A stretch of 64,000 nt of DNA from an uncultured delta proteobacterium (GCA_963778115.1 CAVZSV010000004.1:1856001-1920000), one strand, 5' to 3'. Positions 18,091 through 27,893 are shown, counted from the stretch's first letter. Notes: generated by a model not told the origin, from the letters alone. A program made the numbers and translations.

Positions 18091-18705
18091 CTAGAAGCCG
18101 GGCTGCATTCCCATACCTACGCCGCCCATGCCGCCCATTCCACCGGGTCCACCCATGCCGCCCATGCCACCCATTCCACCAGGTCCACCCATGCCGCCCA
18201 TGCCAGGACCGCCACCACCATAAGGAACTCCAATCGGTCCGCCACCAATCCCAGGTCCACCAATTCCAGGACCACCAATTCCAGGTCCACCAATTCCAGG
18301 ACCACCAATTCCAGGTCCGCCGAATCCAGGCCCACCACATCCAGGACCAAATCCAGGTCCACACCCGCCCCATCCGCAGCCGGGATATCCCCAGATCGGA
18401 GGAGTCGCAACGCCACTAACTCGGGTCGTTCCGTAACCGTACGCCCCAAAAGGACCGAACCCTCTCGTGTTCGCCGAAACTCTGTCTTGAACGCCAAAGG
18501 GCGTTTGGACAAAAGACTCACTGACGGTAGTAGTTTGTCCTATGGGTGGCGGAGGGATTATCGGTCCGGCCCAAACCGGGGGCGGACAAAATCCAGGTCC
18601 ACATCCAGGCCCACCAAAGCCGGGACCGTATTCCGCTTTCGCGGAGCTAGCAAAAAAACCAGCAAAAATGACCATAGCAATGGCCCAAAACGTAGCTTTA
18701 CCCAT
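18091..18705 (-). CDS. Secreted Gly/Pro-rich repeat protein (GGPGI, GPGF/C and GGM repeats), 204 aa
   Basis: SD GGAGGA before ATG 18705; signal peptide ending SAKA; terminator downstream. Confidence 0.8.
   Translation of the reverse strand: MGKATFWAIAMVIFAGFFASSAKAEYGPGFGGPGCGPGFCPPPVWAGPIIPPPPIGQTTTVSESFVQTPFGVQDRVSANTRGFGPFGAYGYGTTRVSGVATPPIWGYPGCGWGGCGPGFGPGCGGPGFGGPGIGGPGIGGPGIGGPGIGGPGIGGGPIGVPYGGGGPGMGGMGGPGGMGGMGGMGGPGGMGGMGGVGMGMQPGF
18120..18360. repeat. Coding tandem repeats (15-nt GGPGI units; 9-nt GGM units)
   Basis: CCAGG(T/A)CCACCAATT repeated; CC(G/A)CCCAT(G/T) repeated. Confidence 0.85.
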
Positions 18706-18840
18706 GTATCCTCCAGTTAGGTCTTGTGCGTGCAAAGAGTTAAACGAGAACAGCCTTATAACCTGATTAACTCATTGCGTCAACGGAAGAATTGCGAAGA
18801 ATCTTGTAAGAGCTTGAAATTACATAATTAATATTGCGAA

Positions 18841-18869
18841 AATAAAAAAGAGGGGCCAGCGGCCCCTCT
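18841..18869 (-). terminator. Intrinsic terminator of the RRM gene
   Basis: Minus strand AGAGGGGCC-GCT-GGCCCCTCT followed by TTTTTATT. Confidence 0.85.
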
Positions 18870-18895
18870 CTCCATTCAGAACAAATTCGTCTCTA

Positions 18896-19258
18896 TTAGT
18901 AACGATCGCGGCCACCGCCGCGTCCGCCGCTGCCGTAACCACCACGGCCACCACCGCCGCCGCCGCCTCCATAACCACCGCGTCCGCCACCGCCCCCGCC
19001 CCCTCGCTCTTCGCGGGGACGCGCTTCGTTTACCGTGAGGGCTCGGCCCTCTAAATCTTGGCCGTTAAATTTCGAGATGGCATCCGCAGCCTCCTCATCC
19101 GATCCCATTTCCACAAACCCAAAACCTTTGGAACGACCGGTATCGCGATCCATGATGATGTTCGCTGATTCCACCGTTCCTGCCTGTGAAAACAATTGGC
19201 TTAGTGATTCATCCGTTGCTGAGTAGGGCAAATTCCCTACATAGATTTTCTTACCCAC
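18896..19258 (-). CDS. RRM RNA-binding protein with Gly/Arg-rich tail
   Basis: RNP2 IYVGNL, RNP1 KGFGFVEM, LTVNEARP, RGG repeats; GTG start at 19258 with SD GGAGG. Confidence 0.95.
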   Translation of the reverse strand: MGKKIYVGNLPYSATDESLSQLFSQAGTVESANIIMDRDTGRSKGFGFVEMGSDEEAADAISKFNGQDLEGRALTVNEARPREERGGGGGGGRGGYGGGGGGGGRGGYGSGGRGGGRDRY

Positions 19259-19497
19259 TGTTAATTCCTCCGAAGGTAGCCACTGACGAGAAAACACACC
19301 TGGCAACCTTGCGCAGAGGTCCTCGATCCTTAACTTGGCGGTGCCAGTTTAACAAAGGCCAGGCTTAAGAGTAAATCGAAACGTTGACGCACCTTTTCGC
19401 CGAATTTACGTCGATTTTCGACATCTAAAACCTTGTGAATTTTTGTCATTGCGATTGAGCAAGTCGTGAAGCAATCTCGTAGTCCAAGGAGACGAAT

Positions 19498-21111
19498 ATG
19501 CATAATAGGAATCTGCCGGGGAACAAAAATCGCAATCTTGCGATCCTAACCACTCTTATCTTGATGACTTCACACTCGCTCTTTGCGGCAAAGATTTTTG
19601 TGTATTGCTCCGAAGGAAGCCCCAGCACCTTTAATCCCGCTGCAGCAACCGATTCCTCTTCCCTGAACGCTGACAATGCGATCTTTAATCGCTTAGTCAC
19701 TTTTAAACGCGGAACCACAACCATCATTCCGGCGCTCGCGGAATCCTGGCAGGTTTCTAAAGATGGAAAGACTTACACTTTTAAACTCCGCAAAGGGGTT
19801 AAGTTCCAAACAACGGCACACTTTACCCCCAGTCGAAATTTCACGGCGGATGACGTTGTCTTTTCGATCGACCGACAGCGATTAAAAGAACACCCCTACC
19901 ATAATGTGGGAGGAGCGGCTTACGAATCCTTCGATTCCATGGGACTGGGAACACTTATCAAAGACGTCGCCAAAATAGATGACTACACGGTCCGCTTCAC
20001 TTTAAACAAACCTAGCAGTCCCTTCTTGGCCGATCTCACCATGGAATTTGCTTCGATCCTCTCGGCGGAATATGCGGCCGAGCTGACCAAAAAAGGAACC
20101 CCCGACAAAATTGATATCGAGCCCGTTGGAACAGGGGCTTTCATCTTCCTTCGCTATGATAAAGATCAGATGATTCGTTACAAAGCGAACCCCGATTACT
20201 GGGATGGGAAGCCAAAGATCGATCAACTTATCTTTTCCATCACGACCGATGCCAACGTTCGCCACCAGAAATTAAAGGCCGGTGAATGCCATCTGTTGGC
20301 CGAACCCTCGCCTAGCGATATCGAGATGATGAAGAAAGAGGCTGGTATCAAAGTGATGGAACTCGCCGGATTGAATGTCGCCTATTTAGCATTCAATACT
20401 CAAAAAAAGCCCTTTGATAATGTCCTCGTCCGACAAGCCGTCAGTCAGGCGCTTAACCGAAAATCCTATATTGAGGCCATTTACTTAGGCCACGCGAAGA
20501 TTGCTAAAAACGCACTCCCCTCCGGGATCTGGGGCTACAACAACAAAGTCGTCGATTACGGTTACTCGCCGGAAAAGGCCAAAGCGCTCTTAGCCAAAGC
20601 CGGCTATCCCAGTGGCTTTTCCATGGAGCTTTGGACGCTGCCCGTGTCTCGCGCTTACAATCCCGATGGAAAAAAGATGGGTGAGATGATGCAAGCAGAT
20701 CTCGCCAAAGTCGGAATCAAAGCGAAACTAGTAACGTACGACTGGCCCACTTACATTCAGAAAACCCGAGATGGCGAACACCAAGCCATGATGATGGGTT
20801 GGCAAAGCGACAACGGTGATCCGGATAACTTTTTGGAAGATCTGCTTAGTTGTGACGCCGTCACGGCCGGAGCCAACAGAGCGCGCTGGTGCTTCAAACC
20901 CTACGACCAACTCGTAGAGAAGGCGGCCGAAGTTTCTGACAAGAAAAAGCGAACCCAGCTTTACGAACAGGCCCAAGTCATTTTCAAAGAGCAAGCGCCC
21001 TGGGTAACGATCGCGACGGCTGTCTTTTATCGAGCCCTGTCGAATAAGGTGACTGGTTACATCATGGATCCTTTCAACCGCGACTTCTTCGATAAAGTGG
21101 ATCTTCAGTAA
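19498..21111 (+). CDS. dppA: Dipeptide ABC transporter substrate-binding protein
   Basis: VYCSEGSPSTFNP, PALAESW, RNFTADDVVFS, PVGTG, RAYNPDG, GWQSDNGDPDNFL. Confidence 0.93.
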   Translation: MHNRNLPGNKNRNLAILTTLILMTSHSLFAAKIFVYCSEGSPSTFNPAAATDSSSLNADNAIFNRLVTFKRGTTTIIPALAESWQVSKDGKTYTFKLRKGVKFQTTAHFTPSRNFTADDVVFSIDRQRLKEHPYHNVGGAAYESFDSMGLGTLIKDVAKIDDYTVRFTLNKPSSPFLADLTMEFASILSAEYAAELTKKGTPDKIDIEPVGTGAFIFLRYDKDQMIRYKANPDYWDGKPKIDQLIFSITTDANVRHQKLKAGECHLLAEPSPSDIEMMKKEAGIKVMELAGLNVAYLAFNTQKKPFDNVLVRQAVSQALNRKSYIEAIYLGHAKIAKNALPSGIWGYNNKVVDYGYSPEKAKALLAKAGYPSGFSMELWTLPVSRAYNPDGKKMGEMMQADLAKVGIKAKLVTYDWPTYIQKTRDGEHQAMMMGWQSDNGDPDNFLEDLLSCDAVTAGANRARWCFKPYDQLVEKAAEVSDKKKRTQLYEQAQVIFKEQAPWVTIATAVFYRALSNKVTGYIMDPFNRDFFDKVDLQ

Positions 21112-21135
21112 AGCACTTGGGGGGGAGGGGATGAA

Positions 21136-22149
21136 ATGCTTACCTATTTGATTCGCCGCTTTTCCGTGCTCATTCCTACTTTGATCGGAGTTACGATAGT
21201 CGCTTTTGGCCTTATTCGCCTGGTTCCCGGCGATCCGGTTCTGCTTCTTCTAGGCGAACGGGGCGCCTCCCCCGAAGTCTATCGATCGGTGAGACAGTCC
21301 TTAGGTTTAGACAAACCTCTTCTGATGCAATATGGGATTTTCTTACGCCAAGCCTTGAAAGGAGATCTGGGCGAATCGATCGTGTCCCACCGTCCTGTCT
21401 GGCAGGAGTTTAAAGATAGATTTCCCGCTACCGTCGAATTGGGAATGGGAGCGATGTTTCTTGCGATCGTGCTTGGCATCCCTCTCGGTATCATCGCCGC
21501 CGTAAAACGTAATTCTATATTCGACTATTCGTTTATAACCGCTTCTCTTATCGGCTATTCGATGCCGATCTTTTGGTGGGGACTTATCTTAATTCTTTTC
21601 TTTTCGGTATTGCTCGGTTGGACGCCGGTGTCGGGCAGAATCGCTATCGAATACGATATCGTTCCGCGGACCGGATTTCTGCTCATAGACTCTTTGCTCT
21701 CTGACGGCGGATGGCCAGCTTTTAGAAGTGCGCTGTCTCACTTGATACTTCCTTCGATAGCGCTGGGAACGATACCCTTGGCTGTCGTTTCACGAATGAC
21801 CCGGTCAAGTTTGCTAGAAGTATTAGGCGAAGATTACGTTCGAACAGCTCGTGCCAAAGGGCTCTCGGAAATGCGTGTTATCGGCATTCATGCGCTTCGC
21901 AATGCCATCGTTCCGATTCTTACCGTGATTGGGCTCATGTTCGGAACGATTGTGACGGGAGCCATCCTAACGGAAACCATCTTTTCTTGGCCCGGCATCG
22001 GAAAATGGATCGTTCTTAGTGTCACTGCCCGCGACTATCCGGTGATCCAAGGTGGCATTTTGCTCATTGCCCTGGCAGTGGTTACGATCAACCTCTTGGT
22101 AGATCTCTCTTACGCCGTCGTTAATCCTAGAATTCGAGATCTATTGTGA
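21136..22149 (+). CDS. dppB: Dipeptide ABC transporter permease
   Basis: PGDP, FPATVEL, SMPIFWWG, DYVRTARAKGL EAA loop, ETIFSWPGIG. Confidence 0.93.
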   Translation: MLTYLIRRFSVLIPTLIGVTIVAFGLIRLVPGDPVLLLLGERGASPEVYRSVRQSLGLDKPLLMQYGIFLRQALKGDLGESIVSHRPVWQEFKDRFPATVELGMGAMFLAIVLGIPLGIIAAVKRNSIFDYSFITASLIGYSMPIFWWGLILILFFSVLLGWTPVSGRIAIEYDIVPRTGFLLIDSLLSDGGWPAFRSALSHLILPSIALGTIPLAVVSRMTRSSLLEVLGEDYVRTARAKGLSEMRVIGIHALRNAIVPILTVIGLMFGTIVTGAILTETIFSWPGIGKWIVLSVTARDYPVIQGGILLIALAVVTINLLVDLSYAVVNPRIRDLL

Positions 22150-23045
22150 CAAAACTAGCAACCGCTCCTCCAGACATTCTTTCCGAGCCGCATCCCGCTC
22201 GAGAGTTTTGGTATTTTTTCGCGAAAAACCGCGGAGCCGTCGTGGGCTTAGGGGTTATTTCAACTTTTCTTTTCGTTGCTACTTTCGCCCCATGGCTTGC
22301 GCCTAAAGATCCTTCTGCCCTTTTTGAAGGATACCTTCGTATACCCCCTTTCTGGACAAGCGGAGGATCCTTCCAATTTCCGTTGGGGACCGACGGGATT
22401 GGAAGAGATGTCCTTAGTCGACTCCTCTACGGCGCCCGCATCTCGATGGGAATCGGTTTCCTGGTGGTCTTTCTTTCCGCCGGAGTGGGTACCCTGTTAG
22501 GGCTGGTAGCCGGTTACATGGGTGGTCTGTTAGATCGGATCGTAATGCGATCGATGGATGTGCTGATGGCGCTTCCTAGCATTTTATTGGCTATCGTTGT
22601 GGTTTCTATTTTGGGCCCTTCCCTACTAAATGCGATCTTGGCGACTAGTATCGTTGCGGTTCCTAGTTTTGTACGTCTCGTCCGCGCATCGGTTCTCGAA
22701 CAGAAAGGTAAACCGTATGTCATCGCTTCCAAGACTTTTGGGGCTGGTCCGTTGCGCCAGATGTTCGTCAATATCCTTCCCAACTGTATGGCTCCGCTTA
22801 TCGTTCAAGCTACTTTAGGTTTTAGCGACGGTATTCTTAATGCCGCGGCTTTAGGTTTCTTAGGACTGGGGGCTCAGCCCCCCACCGCGGAATGGGGAAC
22901 GATGCTTTCCGACGCGCGATCCTTCATCGAAAGTGCACCCTGGTTAGTTACCCTTCCCGGCCTTTGTATTTTGCTAGTGGTGCTTGGATTTAATCTTTTG
23001 GGTGATGGTCTTAGAGATGCTTTAGATCCGAGGCTTCGGAAATGA
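22146..23045 (+). CDS. dppC: Dipeptide ABC transporter permease
   Basis: PLGTDGIGRDVLSRLLYGARIS, ILPNCMAPLIVQ, GAQPPTAEWG, GDGLRDALDP. Confidence 0.93.
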   Translation: MTKLATAPPDILSEPHPAREFWYFFAKNRGAVVGLGVISTFLFVATFAPWLAPKDPSALFEGYLRIPPFWTSGGSFQFPLGTDGIGRDVLSRLLYGARISMGIGFLVVFLSAGVGTLLGLVAGYMGGLLDRIVMRSMDVLMALPSILLAIVVVSILGPSLLNAILATSIVAVPSFVRLVRASVLEQKGKPYVIASKTFGAGPLRQMFVNILPNCMAPLIVQATLGFSDGILNAAALGFLGLGAQPPTAEWGTMLSDARSFIESAPWLVTLPGLCILLVVLGFNLLGDGLRDALDPRLRK

Positions 23046-24025
23046 AAAAGCCATTGCTTGAAGTTTCAGATCTTAGAGTCACTTTCGATACGCTAAGGGG
23101 AAAGCTTACCGCCGTCGACGGAATAAGCTTTTCTCTTCAACCCGGGGAGACGCTTGGGATTGTCGGTGAATCAGGATGCGGAAAGAGTCTGACTAGTCTT
23201 GCCTTGATGCATCTACTTCCTCCCAACGCTACCATGACAACCTCCGTATTTCGCTTCGAGGACACTGACCTCCAAAAAATCAGCCCCAAGCGTTACCAGG
23301 ATCTCCGAGGAGGATCGATCTCGATGATATTTCAAGATCCGATGACCAGCCTTAACCCCTGCTTCACGGTGGGCTACCAATTAAAGGAAGTCTTAAGAGT
23401 GCACGGCAAGGCCAGCCGAACTCAAAGTCAGCAGCTAGCTTTGGATTTACTGAATCGCGTTGGAATTCCCGATGGGTACAGTCGAATGGAGTCTTACCCT
23501 CACCAACTTTCCGGTGGAATGTGCCAGCGTGTGATGATCGCAATGGCGATAGCTCTTCGGCCACAATTACTGATCGCCGATGAACCTACCACAGCGCTTG
23601 ATGTCACGATCCAGGCTCAAATTTTAGATCTGCTGCGTGAGCTTCAAGACAGTTACGGTATGGCCATGATTCTCATCAGCCATAACTTAGGAGTTGTCGC
23701 GCAAATGGCTTCGCGCATCGCCGTGATGTATGCGGGACAAATTGTCGAAATGGGTGATACCCGCGACGTCATTCAAAATCCTCGCCATCCCTATACCGCG
23801 GCACTTCTAGAATGTACGCCCGATGTCGATGACAAGATGGCAAAGACTGTGCTCCCCAGTATTAAGGGAATGGTCCCGGATTTGCTACGACGCCCGACGG
23901 GCTGTCAGTTTCATCCTCGATGCCGAAACGCTGAGGACAAATGCAGTGCCAGCGATGCCACGATTACGACATCGGAGAACCACAGCGTGAAATGTTTTTT
24001 CCCGTTGGGAGCCCGTCATGAATGA
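23042..24025 (+). CDS. dppD: Dipeptide ABC transporter ATP-binding protein
   Basis: [45 protein letters not shown]. Confidence 0.93.
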   Translation: MKKPLLEVSDLRVTFDTLRGKLTAVDGISFSLQPGETLGIVGESGCGKSLTSLALMHLLPPNATMTTSVFRFEDTDLQKISPKRYQDLRGGSISMIFQDPMTSLNPCFTVGYQLKEVLRVHGKASRTQSQQLALDLLNRVGIPDGYSRMESYPHQLSGGMCQRVMIAMAIALRPQLLIADEPTTALDVTIQAQILDLLRELQDSYGMAMILISHNLGVVAQMASRIAVMYAGQIVEMGDTRDVIQNPRHPYTAALLECTPDVDDKMAKTVLPSIKGMVPDLLRRPTGCQFHPRCRNAEDKCSASDATITTSENHSVKCFFPLGARHE

Positions 24026-24968
24026 GGCCCCGATGTTGCAGGTTGAAAAGATCAGTAAGCATTACCCCGTCCGCCGTTGGTTTAAAGAGGTGGGGACTGT
24101 TAAAGCGGTGGAAGGAATAAGTTTTCAGCTGGAAAGTAAAAAAACACTCGCTATCGTTGGAGAATCCGGTTGCGGCAAGACCACATTGGCAAAATGTCTC
24201 ATGCGTATTGAGACTCCGACCCAGGGCAGGATCCTGTGGCAAGGTAAGCCCATGAATAATCTCATCGCGACCGATTTTCGCCGTCATATTCAAATGATCT
24301 TCCAGGATCCGTATGGTTCGCTAAACCCCCGCAAGAAAGTGTGGAACATCATCTGCGAACCCCTTCGCATCAATACGAAACTGACCAAAGCCGAACTGAA
24401 GCAAAGCGCCATCGAGCTAATGGGCAAAGTAGGGTTACGTCCCGAACACGCCGGCCGCTACCCTCACATGTTTAGCGGAGGTCAACGACAACGAATAGGC
24501 ATTGCTCGGGCTTTGGCGCTTCGCCCCGAAGTACTCATTTGCGATGAACCAGTTTCGGCCTTGGACATTTCTATCCAAGCCCAAATTTTGAATTTACTTG
24601 TGGAGCTGCAAAAGGAACTGGCCCTTAGTTACCTTTTCATTTCTCACGATCTGGCGGTAGTCCGCCACATCGCGGATGAAGTCATGGTGATCTACTTGGG
24701 CAAAGTGGTGGAGCACGGCTCGGCCCAAGACCTGTTTCACAATCCCAAGCACCCCTACACCAAATCATTAATGGAGAGCACTCCGCACCTTAGATCTTTC
24801 GGACGCCCGAAACCGGCGGTTCGGGGAGAATTACCTTCGCCGATGAACCCGCCATCGGGGTGTGCTTTTCATAAGCGTTGCCCGATTGCTATCGATCGCT
24901 GTGGAATAGAAGAACCTCAGTTAGTGAACAAGGGGAAAGTTTGGGTAGCCTGTCATTTAGTGGAGTGA
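24018..24968 (+). CDS. dppF: Dipeptide ABC transporter ATP-binding protein
   Basis: GESGCGKT, FQDPYGSLNPRKK, YPHMFSGGQRQR, DEPVSALD, GELPSPMNPPSGCAFHKRC. Confidence 0.93.
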   Translation: MNEAPMLQVEKISKHYPVRRWFKEVGTVKAVEGISFQLESKKTLAIVGESGCGKTTLAKCLMRIETPTQGRILWQGKPMNNLIATDFRRHIQMIFQDPYGSLNPRKKVWNIICEPLRINTKLTKAELKQSAIELMGKVGLRPEHAGRYPHMFSGGQRQRIGIARALALRPEVLICDEPVSALDISIQAQILNLLVELQKELALSYLFISHDLAVVRHIADEVMVIYLGKVVEHGSAQDLFHNPKHPYTKSLMESTPHLRSFGRPKPAVRGELPSPMNPPSGCAFHKRCPIAIDRCGIEEPQLVNKGKVWVACHLVE

Positions 24969-25070
24969 GTAGTCAGGGTTTTTTGGAAAAATAGAGTGAG
25001 TATTCATGGATACTCGCAACATATAAGTGTTTGAAATTGCATACTATTACTTGATTACCTCCCATAAGAA

Positions 25071-25180
25071 GCTAGAGCTAGTGCTACTGCTAGGGATCGA
25101 GGTGTGCGCTTCGCGCACGACGTTTTATTATGATGCGCGCGAAGCGCACGTCGATCACTAGCACTAGCACTAGCTCGAGC
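25071..25180. repeat. 110-bp imperfect inverted repeat (long hairpin) with CTAGCA/TGCTAG hexamer arms
   Basis: Left GCTAGAGCTAGTGCTACTGCTAGGGATCGAGGTGTGCGCTTCGCGC vs reverse complement of right GCTCGAGCTAGTGCTAGTGCTAGTGATCGACGTGCGCTTCGCGC. Confidence 0.9.
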
Positions 25181-25298
25181 CATTTCCCAATCCCACCTAC
25201 TAACTCCATTTTCTTCTCATTTTATTTTCATGTTCCACCGATACCTTTGTGGGAAGTGCCCAGTGGGCCAATTGCTTTACTCTTACGAAGGAAGCCAC

Positions 25299-26840
25299 AT
25301 GAAACGCTTCGATAACTTAAAAACGTGGATGGTACCAACGCTTCTGTTCTCGATGATGACCTTCATCTCTTGCGGTCATCATCAGAGCCGCAATAGTGAT
25401 GACCTTTTCTCGGGCGCAGATCAAGCGCAAGAGAGTAATGTCGCAGATGCTGGGAAATCCGATGACGACAGCAACAAAGTCGCCGAAGTCGAAGCCAAGA
25501 GCCCTGAGTTGACTCAGGCCGTTTCAAGCAATGACGCTTCCAAAGATAATAAAGACTCTGCCTCTCTTTCGGACACGGCTAAGAGCGACACCGCGAAAAC
25601 AGAGGCAAAGGCCGATGCCTCCAGCTTAGCGAACGATCCAGCAGATGCCGCGCTTGAGATTCCCAAAGATGGGGAAGCTTCCAGCAAAATCGATTTGATT
25701 CCCTCCGCGGAAAACACGGTTAGTGGTGATTCGAAAACAAACGCCACTCCGACCGACGCGATTCCTACTTTAGATGGCAAAATGGATGCGCCGGTGGCGG
25801 CCAGTTCTGACAAAGCTTCTATTGATGCTAAGTCGGAATTGACGCCCCAGGCCTCCACGGCTCCGGCCGCTCAATTAGCGGATGCTCCTACTACGACTGG
25901 CGTTCCTTCAGCGAGTGAACTCGCTCAAGACGCTAAATCAGTAGCTGCTGAGAGCAAGACGGAAGTCGCCCCGGCTCCTGAAGCACAAAGTAGCGAACAA
26001 ACCTCTTCGGCAGCTCCTGTAAAGACGGAAAAGACGGCAAGCGCTGTTCAAGCTTCCCCCAAAGCGACCGTGGCTCCCCAGATTCCCAAAGAGGTAGTTT
26101 GGCAAGGTAACCAAACGATGAACCGTTACTATTTTCTCCGTAAGGGCGATACGAACGTTTCCGTCTCGCAACTCATTTACGGAAATGACGGGCGTGCTCA
26201 AGACTTAAAGAAATGGAATTCCGGCAAATGGTCGACCGGTCGCATGATTCTGTTCATCTCTAGCAGCCGACCTGAAGATGCCGAAATGAAATCCTTCTAC
26301 GAAGAGAAAGGTATTGCCGCCGATTCTTATGTCGTGCAGTCGGGTGATTGGTTATCCAAAATTTCGATGAATACCTATGGCGATGCCAGCAGCTGGAAAG
26401 AGATCGCGGCAACCAATCAGCTCGCGTCTCCCGATACCATTACCACCGGCCAATCTTTGAAACTCTATCCGGCAAACCTCACCCCTTCCGACAAAGTTGC
26501 GATGGTGGAAGGTTCGCCTTCAGACGCTTTAGCGTCTCCTTCTAAGAGTGAGACCGTCGCGGCCAATACCGTAACTGACTTAGCCGATAGAAAGACGCTT
26601 TCCACAGATACGATCGGCACGAACGGTGATGAGGGGGTTATCGCTCCTCCGCCGACCCCAGTAGAAAAAGCCCCCGCTCAAGCAAAGGTAAAAGCCAAAC
26701 CAAGCAGCAAACTTGCCAGTCCTGAAATTGGCAACTTCGTCGCCCAAAACATCACTTGGTTAATTGGCGGCGCCATTGCAGTCATGCTGTTTTTCTTGTT
26801 CAGCCGACGCTTCCGTAAATCCAGCGATTTGGAAGAATAG
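25299..26840 (+). CDS. LysM-domain lipoprotein with C-terminal TM helix
   Basis: Lipobox-like FISC; acidic Ala/Ser/Pro linker; YFLRKGDT and YVVQSGDWLSKIS...YGDASSWKEIA LysM-like repeats; C-terminal WLIGGAIAVMLFFLFSRRFRK. Confidence 0.85.
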   Translation: MKRFDNLKTWMVPTLLFSMMTFISCGHHQSRNSDDLFSGADQAQESNVADAGKSDDDSNKVAEVEAKSPELTQAVSSNDASKDNKDSASLSDTAKSDTAKTEAKADASSLANDPADAALEIPKDGEASSKIDLIPSAENTVSGDSKTNATPTDAIPTLDGKMDAPVAASSDKASIDAKSELTPQASTAPAAQLADAPTTTGVPSASELAQDAKSVAAESKTEVAPAPEAQSSEQTSSAAPVKTEKTASAVQASPKATVAPQIPKEVVWQGNQTMNRYYFLRKGDTNVSVSQLIYGNDGRAQDLKKWNSGKWSTGRMILFISSSRPEDAEMKSFYEEKGIAADSYVVQSGDWLSKISMNTYGDASSWKEIAATNQLASPDTITTGQSLKLYPANLTPSDKVAMVEGSPSDALASPSKSETVAANTVTDLADRKTLSTDTIGTNGDEGVIAPPPTPVEKAPAQAKVKAKPSSKLASPEIGNFVAQNITWLIGGAIAVMLFFLFSRRFRKSSDLEE

Positions 26841-26919
26841 ATAAGCTGCGAACTAGACTGGAAAGATCGAGGCTTAGGTCGGATTAGACAATAACGCTCG
26901 CTACTGCTACGGGTAGACG

Positions 26920-27477
26920 ATGAGCAAAGCGTTTACTCGAGAAGATGACAATCAAGACGACGAGCCCGATGTCGAGCCGGTGGCCCCGGCAACGCCTGGA
27001 GGCAAGAATTACATCACTCCAGCCGGGGCGGAAAAGCTTCGGACCGAGCTTCACAAGCTCGTAACGGAGACCCGCCCGCATATCACTGAGGTTGTCGCCT
27101 GGGCGGCCTCTTTAGGCGACCGATCCGAAAACGCTGATTACATCTACAATAAGAGAAAACTGCGTGAAATCGATCGGCGAATTCGCTTCCTTACCAAGCG
27201 ATTGGAAATTGCCGAAGTCGTTGACCCTACGGCAAACCCCTCAAATACCGCGCACTTCGGCGCCACGGTTACCCTTCGGGAAGAGAACGGGACGGAAAAG
27301 ACCTTCTCGATCGTGGGAGTAGATGAAATCGACGTCAAAAAAGGGCGCATTAGCTGGGTATCCCCCTTGGGCAAAGCACTTCTTAAGGCCAAAGCCGGCG
27401 ATACCATTACCTTCCGCTCCCCCAAAGGGGAAGAAGACCTAGAGATAATATCCGTCGTCTATCTACCACTGCCCTAA
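26920..27477 (+). CDS. greB: Transcription elongation factor GreB
   Basis: MSKAFTRE, NYITPAG, WAASLGDRSENADYIYNKRKLREIDRRIRFL, IVGVDE, ISWVSPLG. Confidence 0.95.
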   Translation: MSKAFTREDDNQDDEPDVEPVAPATPGGKNYITPAGAEKLRTELHKLVTETRPHITEVVAWAASLGDRSENADYIYNKRKLREIDRRIRFLTKRLEIAEVVDPTANPSNTAHFGATVTLREENGTEKTFSIVGVDEIDVKKGRISWVSPLGKALLKAKAGDTITFRSPKGEEDLEIISVVYLPLP

Positions 27478-27666
27478 TTTCCGAGTCCCTTATCGCGAGG
27501 CATTAACCCCTTCAGGAGCGGCTATGCGCGATTTCGGGGGTAAGAATCGAAAAATTCGAAAAAAAGCTGTTCTTATACGTGCAAAACTAGGGCAATCTGC
27601 TAAATTAATTGGCCAATGCTGGGGGTCGCAGTTATGCTGGGGACCATTTTTTAGAGGACGTATCGT

Positions 27667-27837
27667 ATGAACAAATACAAGGTTGCAGAGACCATCGTGA
27701 ATAAGATCATCGTCGATCTGAAGACCAGAATCGAATCCGGCGTTAAGTGGGACGTAGCCGACGATGAGACGAATCAAGAGATCGCGGATAAGTGGGAAGA
27801 TATAGTCATTTCTGAGCTCGAAAAAGAGATCCACTAA
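27667..27837 (+). CDS. Small acidic hypothetical protein (56 aa)
   Basis: SD AGAGGA; MNKYKVAETIVNKIIVDLKTRIESGVKWDVADDETNQEIADKWEDIVISELEKEIH*; below the track cutoff. Confidence 0.7.
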   Translation: MNKYKVAETIVNKIIVDLKTRIESGVKWDVADDETNQEIADKWEDIVISELEKEIH

Positions 27838-27860
27838 GACCCGGCACTTACCTTAATGAA

Positions 27861-27893
27861 AACTCCGGGCCACTCAACGAGTGACCCCGAGTT
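27861..27893. terminator. Hairpin between convergent small genes (terminator-like)
   Basis: Minus strand AACTCGGGGTCACTC-GTT-GAGTGGCCCGGAGTT, 14 of 15 pairs including one G-U, followed by TT. Confidence 0.6.

Noticed and set aside
18120..18360. CRISPR-like periodic repeats
   Set aside because: Contiguous 9- and 15-nt coding repeats without unique spacers; no cas genes
18077..18521. Trp-rich, His/Gln-rich and Leu/Val-rich repeat ORFs in other frames
   Set aside because: Alternative-frame readings of the Gly/Pro repeat gene, which alone has an SD, signal peptide and terminator
27490..27834. 114-aa minus-strand ORF
   Set aside because: Antisense shadow of the better supported plus-strand small ORF 27667-27837
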